From: Botryllus schlosseri
Taxonomy: Eukaryota
Length of the DNA: 64,000 nucleotides
NCBI GenBank assembly: GCA_051294905.1
Contig: CM119372.1
Coordinates: 8,186,001-8,250,000, forward strand
Reading direction: 5' to 3'
Positions 1-12,334 of the stretch are shown here, piece by piece; the first letter of the stretch is position 1; each line of letters starts with the position of its first letter. A model generated the notes under the pieces. That model was not told where the DNA came from. It did no database searches and saw only the letters and a program-made list of their open reading frames with translations. The position numbers and the translations under genes were made by a program.

Positions 1-1280
1 TTTTATTCGGCTCACGGTCCTGGAACCCCCAAAATCCGCCTCGATCTTTGGATTGTGATCTAATTTGGCATTGTGACGCACAATTCTGCCTGACAAAAAC
101 CAACTGCAGTTCAGGAGAGTGAGCCAGACATTCTTGTTGTATAGTTCTTATGTGACGTTATGGTCAGCACCGTAACTGCCGCTTTTTCAACTTTTTCAAA
201 ATTTTTTCGCGCTGCGCGCGATGTCAAGCTGCCAAACATCTACAATATTTGTAGCCTACTCTTCCTCCAAGAAAATACACGCACGATTTATAGAAATAGA
301 CATATCGGCGTTGGCCAATACCGCACCAAGACATATAACGATTTAGGACATATTATATGCGACTCCAGGAAGTGTGCCAGAACGATCGGCAGTGCGAAAA
401 CGTTGGCCGAAAAGGACCGCCCTTACGCTGTCCGAAAACTTCGTTATATATACAAAATACACATAGGCTTAATTGTCAATAGGCGCCTAAATGGCTGGCG
501 CCAAATGTTCCTCTCTTGGCAATCTGAACCTCAGAAGACAAATACCATCCCGCAGGGAAAAATTATATGCCAGTGAAGAGATATCGATTTGAAATCGTCT
601 GCGTCTTTTAGTTTAGTACGTTTGGGCTATTCTATATTTTTTGATATAGCAGACAGGAGTTCACGTTACGTCACATCATGTAACGAAGAGATACCAACGG
701 GTCCGCCCGTCCGAAGATGTTTAATTATTATTTACGGGCCCTACAGTTTCCGGTAAATCTGATAACGTGAGCAGAGAGGACAAGAAATTGATAGCAACAT
801 ATATGCAATTACAAATCTTATTGGCCGCTTTTATCATGATTCATGAATTATCGAAAATTTTCGCGCTTAGCGCTGGCTCACTGGACAGTACGTCTTATTT
901 CGTGACAAAAGCGAACAACGTGATGGGGGAGGGGGCGGGTTATCACCCTACCGGAGCCAAAGACCCATTTTTTTTTTTGGGGGGGGGGGGCTGACGAAGT
1001 GCTGTTTCATTCCTGCCAACGGGTGTACGCCCGATAATATTGACCGGTTCAATCATGAATTATATAAATTTTTCGCGCTTCGCGCGTCCAGGCGGGAATA
1101 TCCTACTCGCTAAACGGACACCCAATGTAGATGACAAGTAGCGGCAAAGATCGGATTGCCGAAGGGGGGTCTGGGGGGCTTCGCCCCCCCAGAAGTTCGG
1201 TTTATCACCGTATGGGGGCCCCAAGACTAACGTTTTTTTTTTGGGGGGGGGGGGGCTGACGAAGTGCTGTTACGGCCCTG
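1..1280. mobile_element. Non-autonomous DNA transposon copy, probably extending past the window start; same family as 3318-5273, inverted
   Basis: 225-1280 aligns by eye to the reverse complement of 3318-3878 plus 4542-5137. Ends in the terminal sequence gttacggccctg at 1280. ORFs 160-576/4827-5132 and 767-994/3603-3857 are mutually similar translations of this repeat. Confidence 0.8.
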
Positions 1281-1621
1281 GTTATGGTATAGTTCTTATG
1301 GACCTTCTAAGAGGGACCTTGACCATGCAGTCTTAGTATCATTTCAAAGAGACGATGTGCAAGCGTAGTAGGCCTACACTACGGTACAGTGTTTGTTTGC
1401 GAGGGCTCGTTTCATTCTTTCGCACCAGTGATCACTGATCAGAGCGTACCGTATGCGCATGCGCATATGCCCATTGTCCAATGACCATGGATTGCTAATA
1501 GTTCAAATGTCCATGACCTATGGAATGTAGATCATTTTTATGGTATTACGGGAACAGAAACTAGTAAATAAATAATTGCTAAACGGACCGCGTATAGACT
1601 GCAAATATGGAACATGACCTG

Positions 1622-1955
1622 TCAATCAGCACAACATCTGATGATGTGAAATTAAGCAAACGTCGGCGATGAGTTAGCAAAAACGTAACTCTTGCAGATG
1701 GCCGGGTTTACCTATGCACCACTGACCTTTTATAGAGATGCATATGAAACTGCCCAATACCAGGCTGAACCCACGAATCGCATATGGAGTCACAATATAT
1801 GATATGCAAAGTCAAGCACAGCATCTGACGATGTGAAATTGAGCAAACATCGGGGATGAGTTACCGAAAACGCAACCTTACAGATGGCAGAGGTTTACCC
1901 AAGCACCACTGACCTTTCAGAGGGACGCATATGAAACTGTTCAATACCAGGCTAC
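1622..1955. repeat. Tandem duplication of an approximately 185-bp unit (2 copies)
   Basis: gcacaacatctgatgatgtgaaatt...caataccaggct at ~1629-1765 recurs as gcacagcatctgacgatgtgaaatt...caataccaggct at ~1816-1953. Confidence 0.75.
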
Positions 1956-2663
1956 ACAATAAATATGATAAATAACCAATCCTATGTGTAGTGAATAAAA
2001 TACAGTATAGATTGAAAATATGCATGTTTAATTTTTCTTATAGTCAGACAACATTGTCAGCACTTTTCAATACGAACCTATGTAGTTGTAGCCAGTATTG
2101 CCACTCGGTTCGTGAAAAAACACTAGATTTGCCAACGAAAAACACTAGATCGACAAAAACACACTAGTTTTAAAATATAGGAAAAATCTGTTTCATAAAT
2201 CATTGATTAACACCAATGAAGTTACGAGAATACTTAACAAATGACAAATTGATCACATTTCTGCAATCTTTTTCGCATCAAACAGTATTAATATTTATTT
2301 AACCATAGCAAATGCATTTTTTTTACTCTAAACTAGCACAGATTCTTGCGAATATTATTAATATCCATTGCATTCGATCCAAACCGATTGAGGGATATAA
2401 AAATAGGTGGAGCGTCATACACTCACATGTCAATGGGTAGTTTTCCAGCTTTTCCACGGTCAAAAGATCAGAGAAAGCTACACAGGGAAATTTTAATAAA
2501 TTAAAAACACTAAAGCCAAATCATAGGCAAGTAAGAATATCCATGCAAAATTAGACTTTTTCGTTATGGCGTCACGCCATTTTTCAATTCAAATATCGTA
2601 CCTCAAGACATTTACATCCTTGGCAACACTAGGGATATATAACTGAGTGTATATTCCCAGGAT

Positions 2664-3090
2664 CAGAGGTGGCTTTTGGGGTGGGCGAGGTGGGCGGTCG
2701 CCCGGGGCCCCCCCTGGTCGAAGGGCCCCCCCTATTCGGATTATGCGCTTTTTTTAAGGATAATAACGAATAAACATGGAAATCCGTGTACCAAGCCAGA
2801 ATATGATTCCGTACGGATGTGTCAATCATCATCAAATCTCTGCATTTTTTAGAAAAGTCCCGTATCCCCATGATCATCACGTCTCTGCATGCGGTAGAAT
2901 TACTTAGTCTTGATGTAGTCTATCCTTAGACACATACAATAACAGACATAGTCGAATCCAACAGCTAAACCTTACCGCGGGAAAGGGGGGTCTGGGGGGC
3001 GGAGCTCCCCAGAAGTTACGGTTAGATACTTATAGGCCCCCCCCCCGGTAAGTCTCGCCCACGGCCCCCCCGTTCGTAAGGCCACCACTG
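2664..3090. mobile_element. MITE nested in 2093-5438
   Basis: TIRs cagaggtggc / gccaccactg; perfect 8-bp TSD cccaggat at 2656-2663 and 3091-3098. Confidence 0.85.
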
Positions 3091-3317
3091 CCCAGGATAC
3101 ACAGAATATGCAATCATTCATGAATTGGCCCACACAATTTGGACAAAGTTGTAATATTCGCTTCCGTCGTCCGTTTCCTTTTGGGATTAAAAACCGGTAT
3201 CAGGCTAGAATCTTCACTCTGCCAGAGATAGAAATGAACGACAGCAAGGTAAGTTACGTTCTTGTGCTGAATCAGCAAGTGTAGACGGATAATAATTATT
3301 GTTGCTTGAAGTACATA

Positions 3318-5273
3318 CAGGGCCGTAACAGCACTTCGCCAGCCCCCCCCAAAACGTTGGTCCTGGGCCCCATAGGGTGATAAACCGAACTTCTGGGGGG
3401 CTTCGCCCCCAGACCCTCCTCTGGCTGTACGCTGTTTACCGCTGCTTATCATCTATATTGAGTGTCCGTTTAGTGAATCAGCTTTTATCCCCTAAACGCG
3501 TAAAGCGCGAAAAATTTCTATAATTCATCACTGAATCGGGCAATATGATCGGGAATTGCATATATATTGCTATCAATTTTTATCCTTTCTCTGCTCACGT
3601 AATCAATAATAAATAAACATCTCCAGGTGTATTGTATACCCGTTGGCAGGAACGAAACAGCACTTCGTCAGGCCCCAAAAAACTGGAGTCTTGGGCTCCG
3701 ATAGGGTGACAAACCGACCCGCCATCACGTTGTTTACTTTTGCCACGAAATTATAGATGTACTGCTGATAGTAAGCCAGAGCGAAGCGCAAAAATTTTCG
3801 ATAATTCATGATAAAATTGGTCAATAAGATCGGGACTTGCATATATATTGCTATCAATTTATTGTCCTCTATGCTCAGTAGGGCTCTTCAAAAATGACTT
3901 TTTTTCTCAAATCGTACTGGCTACTTGATAAATTTGTTAGGTTACCTAATTTAAGCCTACACACAAAATTTGGTTCAATTCCAGCTAGTAACCGCTTTGC
4001 TACAGGAGAAGTAAGTTTCTATTTATTATATAAAAATAAATGATAAAAAATTTGAAAAATTTCTGTTCACCCCATGAAAGTGTTAGGCTGTCTATAGAAA
4101 CGATGCTCACCAAATTTGGTTCAATTCCAACCAGTGGAAGCGGAGTTATTGCCGTCGAAAAATTTGGATTTGAATAAAATAGTATTTACGGTGAGCACAA
4201 CTATAATAAATAAACTAAGAATCGGTCACCGTAAATACTATTTTATTCAAATCCAAATTTTTCGACGGCAATAACTCCGCTTCCACTGGTTGGAATTGAA
4301 CCAAATTTGGTGAGCATCGTTTCTATAGACAGCTTAACACTTTCATGGGGTGAACAGAAATTTTTCAAATTTTTTATCATTTATTTTTATATAATAAATA
4401 GAAACATACTTCTCCTGTAGCAAAGCGGTTACTGGTTGGAATTGAACCAAATTTTGTGTGTAGGCTTAAATTAGGTAACCTAACAATTTTATCAAGTAGC
4501 CAGTACGATTTGAGAAAAAAAGTCATTTTTGAAGAGCCCTAATGCTCAGTTATTCACGTAATCAGATTAACCGGTAGAGGAGCTGAGTCAGGTGTTGTCT
4601 TGGAAAATATAGAGCCCGTAAATAATAATTGAACATCTTCGGGCGGGTGGACCCGTTGGTATGACTTCGTTACATGATGTTATTTCGTGATCTCCTGTCT
4701 GCTATATCAAAAATATTCAATCGCCCAAACGTTGGCTACTAAACTAAAAGATCACACGATTTCAAATTGGTATTTCTTCACTGGTATATAATTTTTCCCT
4801 GTGGGGTGGTATTTGTCTTGTGAGGTTCAGATTGCCAAGACAGGAACATTTAGACGCCAGTCATTTAGGCGCCTATGGACTAATAAACCTACGTGTATTT
4901 TGTATATATAACGAAGTTTTCGGTCAGCATAACGGCAGTCCTTTTCGGCCCAGGTTTTCTCGCTGCCGATCGTTCTGGCACACCTCTTGGAGTCGCATGT
5001 TCCATGGCCTAAAACTTTATATGTCTTGGTGCGTCGTGGCGAGGTAATGGCCAACGCTGATATGCCCATTTCTATAAATCTTGCGTATTTTTTCTTGTGG
5101 GAAGAATACCCAATAATCAAGATACTTGGCAACTTGAAATTTTTTTGATAAAGTTGCCTAAATTTTCAAAAAATACTCTATAATTTATGCTAATTCACGA
5201 AATAATCTTCGGCCCCCTTCGAGCTCGGCCCCCCCCCAATTGGGGGGTTTGGGGTGCGGCAGTTACGGCCCTG
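3318..5273. mobile_element. hAT-like non-autonomous element nested in 2093-5438
   Basis: TIRs cagggccgtaac / gttacggccctg; perfect 8-bp TSD agtacata at 3310-3317 and 5274-5281; second copy at 1-1280. Confidence 0.9.
3879..4541. mobile_element. Near-perfect palindromic (foldback) MITE nested in 3318-5273
   Basis: Arms of ~315 bp (3879-4194 and 4226-4541) are almost exact reverse complements; termini tagggctcttc / gaagagcccta; perfect 8-bp TSD atgctcag. Confidence 0.95.
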
Positions 5274-7626
5274 AGTACATATCATGTAGAGCACATCAAC
5301 ATATCATCTTCATTTTAATCTATATTTTTATGAAAAAAACACTAGATTTGCAGAATTTTGTTAAAAAATACACTAAAACACCAGGTCAATTCGAAATACA
5401 CCAAATATAGTTTAAAAACACTAGGAGTGGCAGCACTGGTTGGAGCGTCGGTTACATGATATGGTACTTCAAGAACGGGTCAGTGCCTACGTTCGGTTCA
5501 CGTTCAATTTCGGTATGCGAGCCTTGATAATAGAGGTTCACGTTCCCGAACGAACCTCGACAGGTACAACTCGCGAAAAAGTGTTTGTGAAATACCGGTA
5601 TTTTCTTGTAATCTTAACATCAATCATCAAAATACCTAGGACTTCAACTAGATCGCGATAGCAACAAAGAAAGTTTAACGCATGATTAAGAGAAACCTTA
5701 TGACCTAATAAAATATATTGATTTTCGAAAATGTCGTTTGATATATCACGCTATGTTAGCTGACTCGCTTGAGTCACTGCCTATATATTCCCGTGCAGTG
5801 GCAGGGTTATCTATATCTGATGAGACACATCTGATGTTGCAATATAGTTACTAATGGGCTCTGAATATTCTCCGAGCATTCCTACATATCTACGCATAGG
5901 GCTGGGGCGAACCCTTGAAATGTTCTAGTTCGTGTGAACACCAACATTTATCAAAGATTTTCTTTTATCATGAACTTATGACTTCCCTGTCTAAAGATAT
6001 TGCCGAAGTACTACTCGTTGATAAACTCGCTGGTAAAAATATCATAGATCCCAGGTAATTTGTTTCGCAAAGTTGATAACAGTTTACTGTTAAATTTCCT
6101 TTGTTGTCACGGGTATCTGTTGAAGCCCAATGGATTTTGATCATTGATGTTAAGATTACTCGAAAATTCTGGTATTTCCCAAAACAATGTTCACATAGGG
6201 TTCACATTCCGAACACGAACGTGAACCGAACGTTCGCACCATCCCCAGTTTGCACTGTGTACTTACGGTAAGGTCGCAAGTCGAGATTACGGTAATGACC
6301 TAAACAAACGTTTACCTTCATGCGATCCCGTTGGCTCGCGTGAAGTTCTGCAAACGCGAAAGGCTGTTACAATAACTAAGAAATAGCTGAAATGAGTGTC
6401 CACGTTCAAATATTTGACAAGTCATCGATCCGCGTTTCTCGATCCTGGCGGAGGCGAGCTACTTTGACCGAGGCAAAAGGACAAGCGAGTATACCTCATT
6501 GCGACATGACTAACGGTCATATTGACCATATGACTGTTTTGCAGCTGGCTAAAGTTCGAACCGCAGTTGAAAGATCGAATTACTGTTTTTAAACTTGGGC
6601 AACAACAACTGCAAGGCTGTCATAGATTCCGAACAGACGATAATGGACCTTAGACCTGGACATCATATTTGGGCAATTTACAACGCTTACTAAAATTAGG
6701 ATCATGTTCATGTGGCATTTGACTTCCACTTTCCTATGCCAAAACGTAGGAGAACGAATCCGCATAAACCGGATTGTGAGATTTTAACCAAATTCGGTAT
6801 GCGCTACTTGTAACACCGGTTTTGAAGCGGATATGTGCCATTACCTTACAGAGCTTGGAGGTACAGAACTTCAATGTTCAATTGAACAGTATATTCATAT
6901 TGAAATGAACCTGAATATTTTCGGATGACGTTCGCCAGGAGTATTCATCAGCAAATAGTACAGAATTAGAAAGAATATTGTATATCAACAATCGTATCAC
7001 AAAATATGACGTCACCGGCTTGGAATGAAATCTCAAATAAGAGAGCGTTCGGATGGTACCTTACAATGTAAAATACTTGCACGGGTGCGGGAATGAAATT
7101 TACAAGACCCGATGCCCATGCTTTTATTTTAAATATGAATACCGCTCGTCTCGATCCATTTCACGTTGATCGAAACAGACAAAATTGATCCCTATTTTCA
7201 CGCGAGCAAACATTGAAAAAATGACCGCGAACAATGTGACCGGTCACAAGGACAAATTTCTTCGAAAATGCGCGCTATTCTAGCCACTCGCTCATCTCTG
7301 GTCCCTGCACTTCAACCCCAGTGTTTCAGCTGAAACGCACTCCGTACAAAACCGAACAGGCTATAATTGTTTCAAGTCGAAGATCTCATATATTATCGGG
7401 AAGCAACAAAGAATCACCAAGATCACCACACCGTGGTGGCGGAAATAAAACAGTAAATTGTAAGAGCATCGTCTAACTAGGGAACTTACAAACTTACAGA
7501 GGCAGATACGAAAAGATTAAATTGAGGCATTGCTGAAGTACGTCGAAAATGGTGCGGTGACACAAGTAAAATGATAATACTATCGTCGTAAAAGTGATAC
7601 GCGGCTTCTGACGCAATCGAGTAGCG

Positions 7627-9321
7627 TCACACCGAAAGGTAACTGGTTATCTTCGCAGGCGGGGCGTACGAGGCGAGCCTTGACACCCACGGAAGTTTTA
7701 CCGACGGTATGTGCGAAAGGAGCTTATGAACGAGAATTTGTACCACGATAAATAACTTACAAAACAGTAACTTCACTTCTTCCGCGATCTTTTCTTTGGC
7801 GTCTAACAGTGTTTCTACGATGTCGTAGCAGTTCGCGCGGGTCGCTTTTTCGAGCTCGCACACTATAGCCGACATTTTCGCCAACAGCCATCGTAAATTC
7901 GCGGGCACCAGGGAAACGTGCTTCATAACGAAAAGAGCTAAGGAAAATGATTTTTCTAGCGAAGCACGTGTGATTGATAGAGGTTTACCGCAAAGAGACG
8001 CCAGTTTTCCGATACCGGTACTAATGCGTCCCTTCTGATCTAACTGACACTCTTCCAAAGCCTTCATGACCACGTGCGGTAAATTGGAATGTAAAATATG
8101 ATCTAGTTCTTCCGCCGAGGAAGGCAAGTCTACTATAGTGGCGATCGGGAGAAATTTAAACAGCGGGTTGTCTTCAAGGTATTCTTTCAGTGGGTTCGTC
8201 GTAGCCTCCATGTCATCCGAAGTAGCCGTCGACGAATCCTCGTCACTGTCAATGTATTTCGTTGTGTCTTCCGATAAGCATGCATCGCTATCGCCGGTGC
8301 TAGCGACATCAGAGCGACGATCGTAGCTCATCGTGAGATAATCGCTGTCGGAGTGTTCGGATCCGGTTTCGTCTTCTTCCCGACACACTTCGTCAATGAA
8401 ACAATTGTTACTGGACTGCATAGCCATCCATTGAGACGACATCGACATTTTTCTGAACTGCTTACGTCTGGCTTCGACGTGCTCCAATTCGCCGGAGAAC
8501 GACATGCTCTTTTGAGTCGGGTTGACCGTCTCAAACAAACCGTGATCTACTAAATACCTCAGCGCTTCGCGAAAGCCTTGCTTGCAAAAATCGCTCAATA
8601 TTTTGCCCTCTGGTGGGAAAAGCATTCGGGACAGTCTCTGCAGATTTTTCACGGTCATCTGCACGCTGGTGTTGGCGATGTTGACGTCGAGGAGGTTATT
8701 CGCCGAGGAATCTCTCGGACAGATATCGCTACCTCCCGACCACGGAGAGATAGTGATTGTGTCAGAATCGGATGGTAAATTGTTTGTTAGCCCGCCGTCG
8801 ACGTAATAAACTCCTCTGTACGTGGGAGGTACGAATCCTGAGTAAAACGGGACAAAAGAACTACACAACAACGCGTCAATAAGTTCGTCTCTTGTGGCGT
8901 ATTCGCTGACGATAACATTTTTCATGTCGCTGACCCTCGTCAACGAAATGAACAGCTTGTTGTTGCATCGTTTATGCGCGTCCGGCGGAAGAACCCGTCG
9001 AAACCCGTCTCCAAGGATCTGACTTGGCCGAAATCCGGGGCTGAGCGGGCCTAAATACCGAGAACGGACGTTTTTTACGATGTCCAGCGTCGAACGGCAT
9101 AGCTCGCCCCCGCACACGTCCGAAAGTAGCATGGCCGCTATGATGGAGCCCGCGGAACATCCATAGATTTTCTTGATTCTCTTCAAAAACTCAGGCGCGT
9201 GTTGTCGCAAACAGCTGGCCACTCCGATGTGATAGACCCCGAGAAAACCGCAGCCCGAAAATGACAGATTTTGCGGTTGGCAGCCAACATGTACGGTACT
9301 GCATTTTCGATCCAGCACCAT
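7627..9321 (-). CDS. PNPLA2: Patatin-like phospholipase domain protein, PNPLA2/ATGL-like triglyceride lipase (564 aa, single coding exon)
   Basis: NLSFSGCGFLGVYHIGV oxyanion loop, GCSAG nucleophile elbow, YVDGG catalytic Asp, FVPFYSGFVPP and TITISPWSGGSDICPRD motifs typical of PNPLA2/3/4. Upstream acceptor ttctttcttccag at 9358-9370 and candidate donor gtaagtg at 9821 suggest a 5'UTR intron. Confidence 0.92.
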   Translation of the reverse strand: MVLDRKCSTVHVGCQPQNLSFSGCGFLGVYHIGVASCLRQHAPEFLKRIKKIYGCSAGSIIAAMLLSDVCGGELCRSTLDIVKNVRSRYLGPLSPGFRPSQILGDGFRRVLPPDAHKRCNNKLFISLTRVSDMKNVIVSEYATRDELIDALLCSSFVPFYSGFVPPTYRGVYYVDGGLTNNLPSDSDTITISPWSGGSDICPRDSSANNLLDVNIANTSVQMTVKNLQRLSRMLFPPEGKILSDFCKQGFREALRYLVDHGLFETVNPTQKSMSFSGELEHVEARRKQFRKMSMSSQWMAMQSSNNCFIDEVCREEDETGSEHSDSDYLTMSYDRRSDVASTGDSDACLSEDTTKYIDSDEDSSTATSDDMEATTNPLKEYLEDNPLFKFLPIATIVDLPSSAEELDHILHSNLPHVVMKALEECQLDQKGRISTGIGKLASLCGKPLSITRASLEKSFSLALFVMKHVSLVPANLRWLLAKMSAIVCELEKATRANCYDIVETLLDAKEKIAEEVKLLFCKLFIVVQILVHKLLSHIPSVKLPWVSRLASYAPPAKITSYLSV

Positions 9322-10651
9322 TTCCCGAGACGGAGTAAAATTAGCGATAATTATTAGCTGGAAGAAAGAATAGGCACAGAATTACAGTCGGGTCAGCGGC
9401 CTAACATCTGAATAGTACTTGTAATCATAGGCTATAAATTATCTGATTTTCGCGCGGCAGGTACAAGTTATCGACTAGGTGTTTTACTGTTTTATTACAA
9501 CTCACTTATTATACTCGGGAAGTCATTACTGTTCTGTTCATATTAGTCGCCTCCACTGCGATTGTGTTTCCAGTATAATTGCAAACTTGTCATGAACGAA
9601 TACAGCTGTCTATCTGGTTGCTAATTATCCACAATTCAGTACCAACGTAACAGCACAATATCGAACGAATTATGTTCGCGAATAATACCTAAATTCGCAC
9701 CATTTGCATGAGCAAAAAACGATGGTCTTGCCGCTTCGAGACCTGATCACGGTAATAAGCGAACGTGAAATTAGGCTGTCTCACTGGCTTAAATTCCGCA
9801 CTGGACGAACTTTGCACTTACAAGACAGATACCGCACAACAGCGAGTATACAGACTGCAAATGTAAACGAACACAATCTCTATAATAATACCAAAGTCTC
9901 TCTTATGCTAGGTCAATGAACGACTATACCCGACACGCCCGCTTCGAGCCCTCTGACGCGAATAGCGCGTTCGGAAGGCGTATCATAGCGTGAGTGTGCC
10001 GCTCGCTCAGTCTTAGCTAGGCTGCTATCGCGCCACCGAGTTTATAATAGGTCAAATGTCTCTGGAACTGCGGTCGGAATTTCAAAATCGAACCATTGTC
10101 CGATCTCAGAATTATGTAATAGATAGGCACCTGCTTCTCAATGGATGGAATTATATGTACTAGCATATTTTGACAAATGTCAAATGACCTATCAACCCTA
10201 ATCGCAGTGCACTTTGAACAGATCTCGTAATGCCAATACATATGGGTGCATCGTATCCAATTAGTGTCAAAATCACTCTCAAGCATATAAATCATGCGTA
10301 GAACGAGTTAACTCATCGCATTTTGACTTTTGAGTCCCGATATAATTAATTGTGGAACGCGTATAGTAGGCATTCATAGTATTGTTTGACACCGCCGATT
10401 GGTTAACTTTGAAAAAATTCAGCGCAGTGCTCATCAATAGTGCACAAAATTCCCCGCTGCAAGCTCTGACGTATGTGTGCCTCGCGTCAATCCTGAAATA
10501 TGCTTCATATGTCCAAAGTATGTGTGCGACAATGTGACGCACAGTGATTGATCACTTTCAGTCTGTATTCACCTAACCACAAGAAGCTTTCATTACTGAT
10601 ATCGCAGAACTACACCGGTGCGACATAAATGATGCCGAGTTATATCTTAAC

Positions 10652-11239
10652 TAGGGCTGGCCACAATGATTCGAGTACTCGAATCTGAATCGAGTAATAA
10701 TTCTAATGATTCGAATCGAGTAGTAAAGGACGGTTTTTTCGAGTACTGGAATTATACACTCCTCGCCATTGCAAGTTAATTTATCAACGAGAATTGTGCT
10801 TTCGGTACTATTTGCCACTGTGAAGGCCCCGAAACCTTGATTGGCCCATCACAGTATACGAAACATATTGTACAAAGTCATGAACATTACAGGAAATAAC
10901 ACATTAAAAAGTCATGATCATCCCGCAACATTGTCACGAGGTGCAACGAAATCCGTAAAGTCGAAAAAACACCAAAATATATTTAATGTAATGCATAATA
11001 GGCATTTGAAGAGTGTCAGCTCGAAAAGCTTCGGGTTTTAACATATTTATGATATTAATATATTATTAAAATGTATAATAGACATTATATTCGTTGCGGT
11101 GGCATAACAGGCAGGCCTACATATTTGAACTTGGACATATTGCAGTCTGCTATGATCTCATAAGGAGTGATACTCGATTACTCGACTCGACTCGAAGCAT
11201 AATACGGATCACTTAAGGTACTCGATTTTGCCCAGCCTA
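10652..11239. mobile_element. MITE, same family as 38674-39182
   Basis: Termini tagggctgg / cccagccta; degenerate TSD atcttaac / gtcttagc; body aligns with 38674-39182. Confidence 0.8.
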
Positions 11240-11770
11240 GTCTTAGCTGGTAATATCAATATGAGATACACTAATTTACTCGAAATTGTGACTTCGGTTT
11301 TTACATCCGGTTTCCACCACTTTCAAATCCAGTTCTTGTATCCTACTTTATTCTACTCTGCTGACAAGTAGTCCCGTTTTTCTGCGTACCGTGCCTCCAA
11401 CTCGTGAAAATACAAACTGACTCTTGTTGGATGGATAATCTCACCACAAGCTTCGTATCGCTCGTATCGCTTCGTATCGCTCAAAATCGTAAAGTGCGAA
11501 TGTGACCTCGATTGTCAGTGGTTAAGAATTCTCAAACTATTCAAATCAAGTCGGTATTTGACTACGATTTGACATTCTTTCGTTGGAAAGACTGCGACAT
11601 TAACAACGGATGACACTTTGCAGCTAAGTTCAACGTCGAGCTAAGCGTAGCCGTATAATAGGCACAGAATACAAAAAGGATCATAATTATATGCCCTATG
11701 GGGATCATAAATATAAACGGCGTCTATCTATCTCGATACCCGTATATGTACGGTACAGTACATATAACAA

Positions 11771-12334
11771 TCACAAATTTTCAGGTCCTTCAGAGTTTAT
11801 TGAATTATCACCCGATGTTTCCATCGTCAATTCGCATTTGTTTATTATCAACTCAAGTTTCTGAGGTGAAATATGTAACGCGGCATTGATCGATAAGGAT
11901 AATGTCAACGCTCTGGTATTGCTTTCTTCCACACACGAGTTCAGCAGTTTTTGAATACAGTTCAGGAGCGTCATTTGTAATTGACAATCATGAGCATTCA
12001 ACTCAATTTTCAGCTTTTCTTCAACATCGACAACATTTTGTGCTGTTCCCCCTAAATAGAAGTGGTCTGCAGCGTCTTCGTTCTCACATTTTTCTTCTTC
12101 TTCGCTTTTAAGATTCATCGCTACAGCGGCGAGCATAGAAAACGCGGGAATTGTTCCCTTCAAGTTAATGTTGTTCCGCCATTCGCCTTGTCCACGGACA
12201 TAATTTTGTACCGCCACCGAGGCGTAGCGGTTGCCAAATATCGCTGAAGTGGTATGGAGTTTGAGCGCGACCCGGTGTCTGACTGATTGCTGAACCCAAA
12301 AAGGAAACACACGACGACAAAGCCAAATAAGCAT
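11771..12334 (-). CDS. Hypothetical 187-aa ORF, possibly an exon of a decayed gene
   Basis: Longest unexplained ORF, with protein-like composition, an Arg-rich N-terminus lacking acidic residues, and an acceptor (cattgtag) just upstream at 12349-12356. No family recognised. Confidence 0.35.
   Translation of the reverse strand: MLIWLCRRVFPFWVQQSVRHRVALKLHTTSAIFGNRYASVAVQNYVRGQGEWRNNINLKGTIPAFSMLAAVAMNLKSEEEEKCENEDAADHFYLGGTAQNVVDVEEKLKIELNAHDCQLQMTLLNCIQKLLNSCVEESNTRALTLSLSINAALHISPQKLELIINKCELTMETSGDNSINSEGPENL

Larger units (their letters stand above)
2093..5438. mobile_element. hAT-like non-autonomous element, outer shell of a nested cluster
   Basis: TIRs cagtattgccactc / gagtggcagcactg; 8-bp TSD gttgtagc / gttggagc (1 mismatch); repeated subterminal aaaacactag motifs at both ends. 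Confidence 0.8.

Noticed and set aside
160..5132. ORFs 160-576, 767-994, 3114-3452, 3603-3857 and 4827-5132
   Set aside because: Chance translations of two copies of a non-coding transposon; stops and frames are not conserved between copies.
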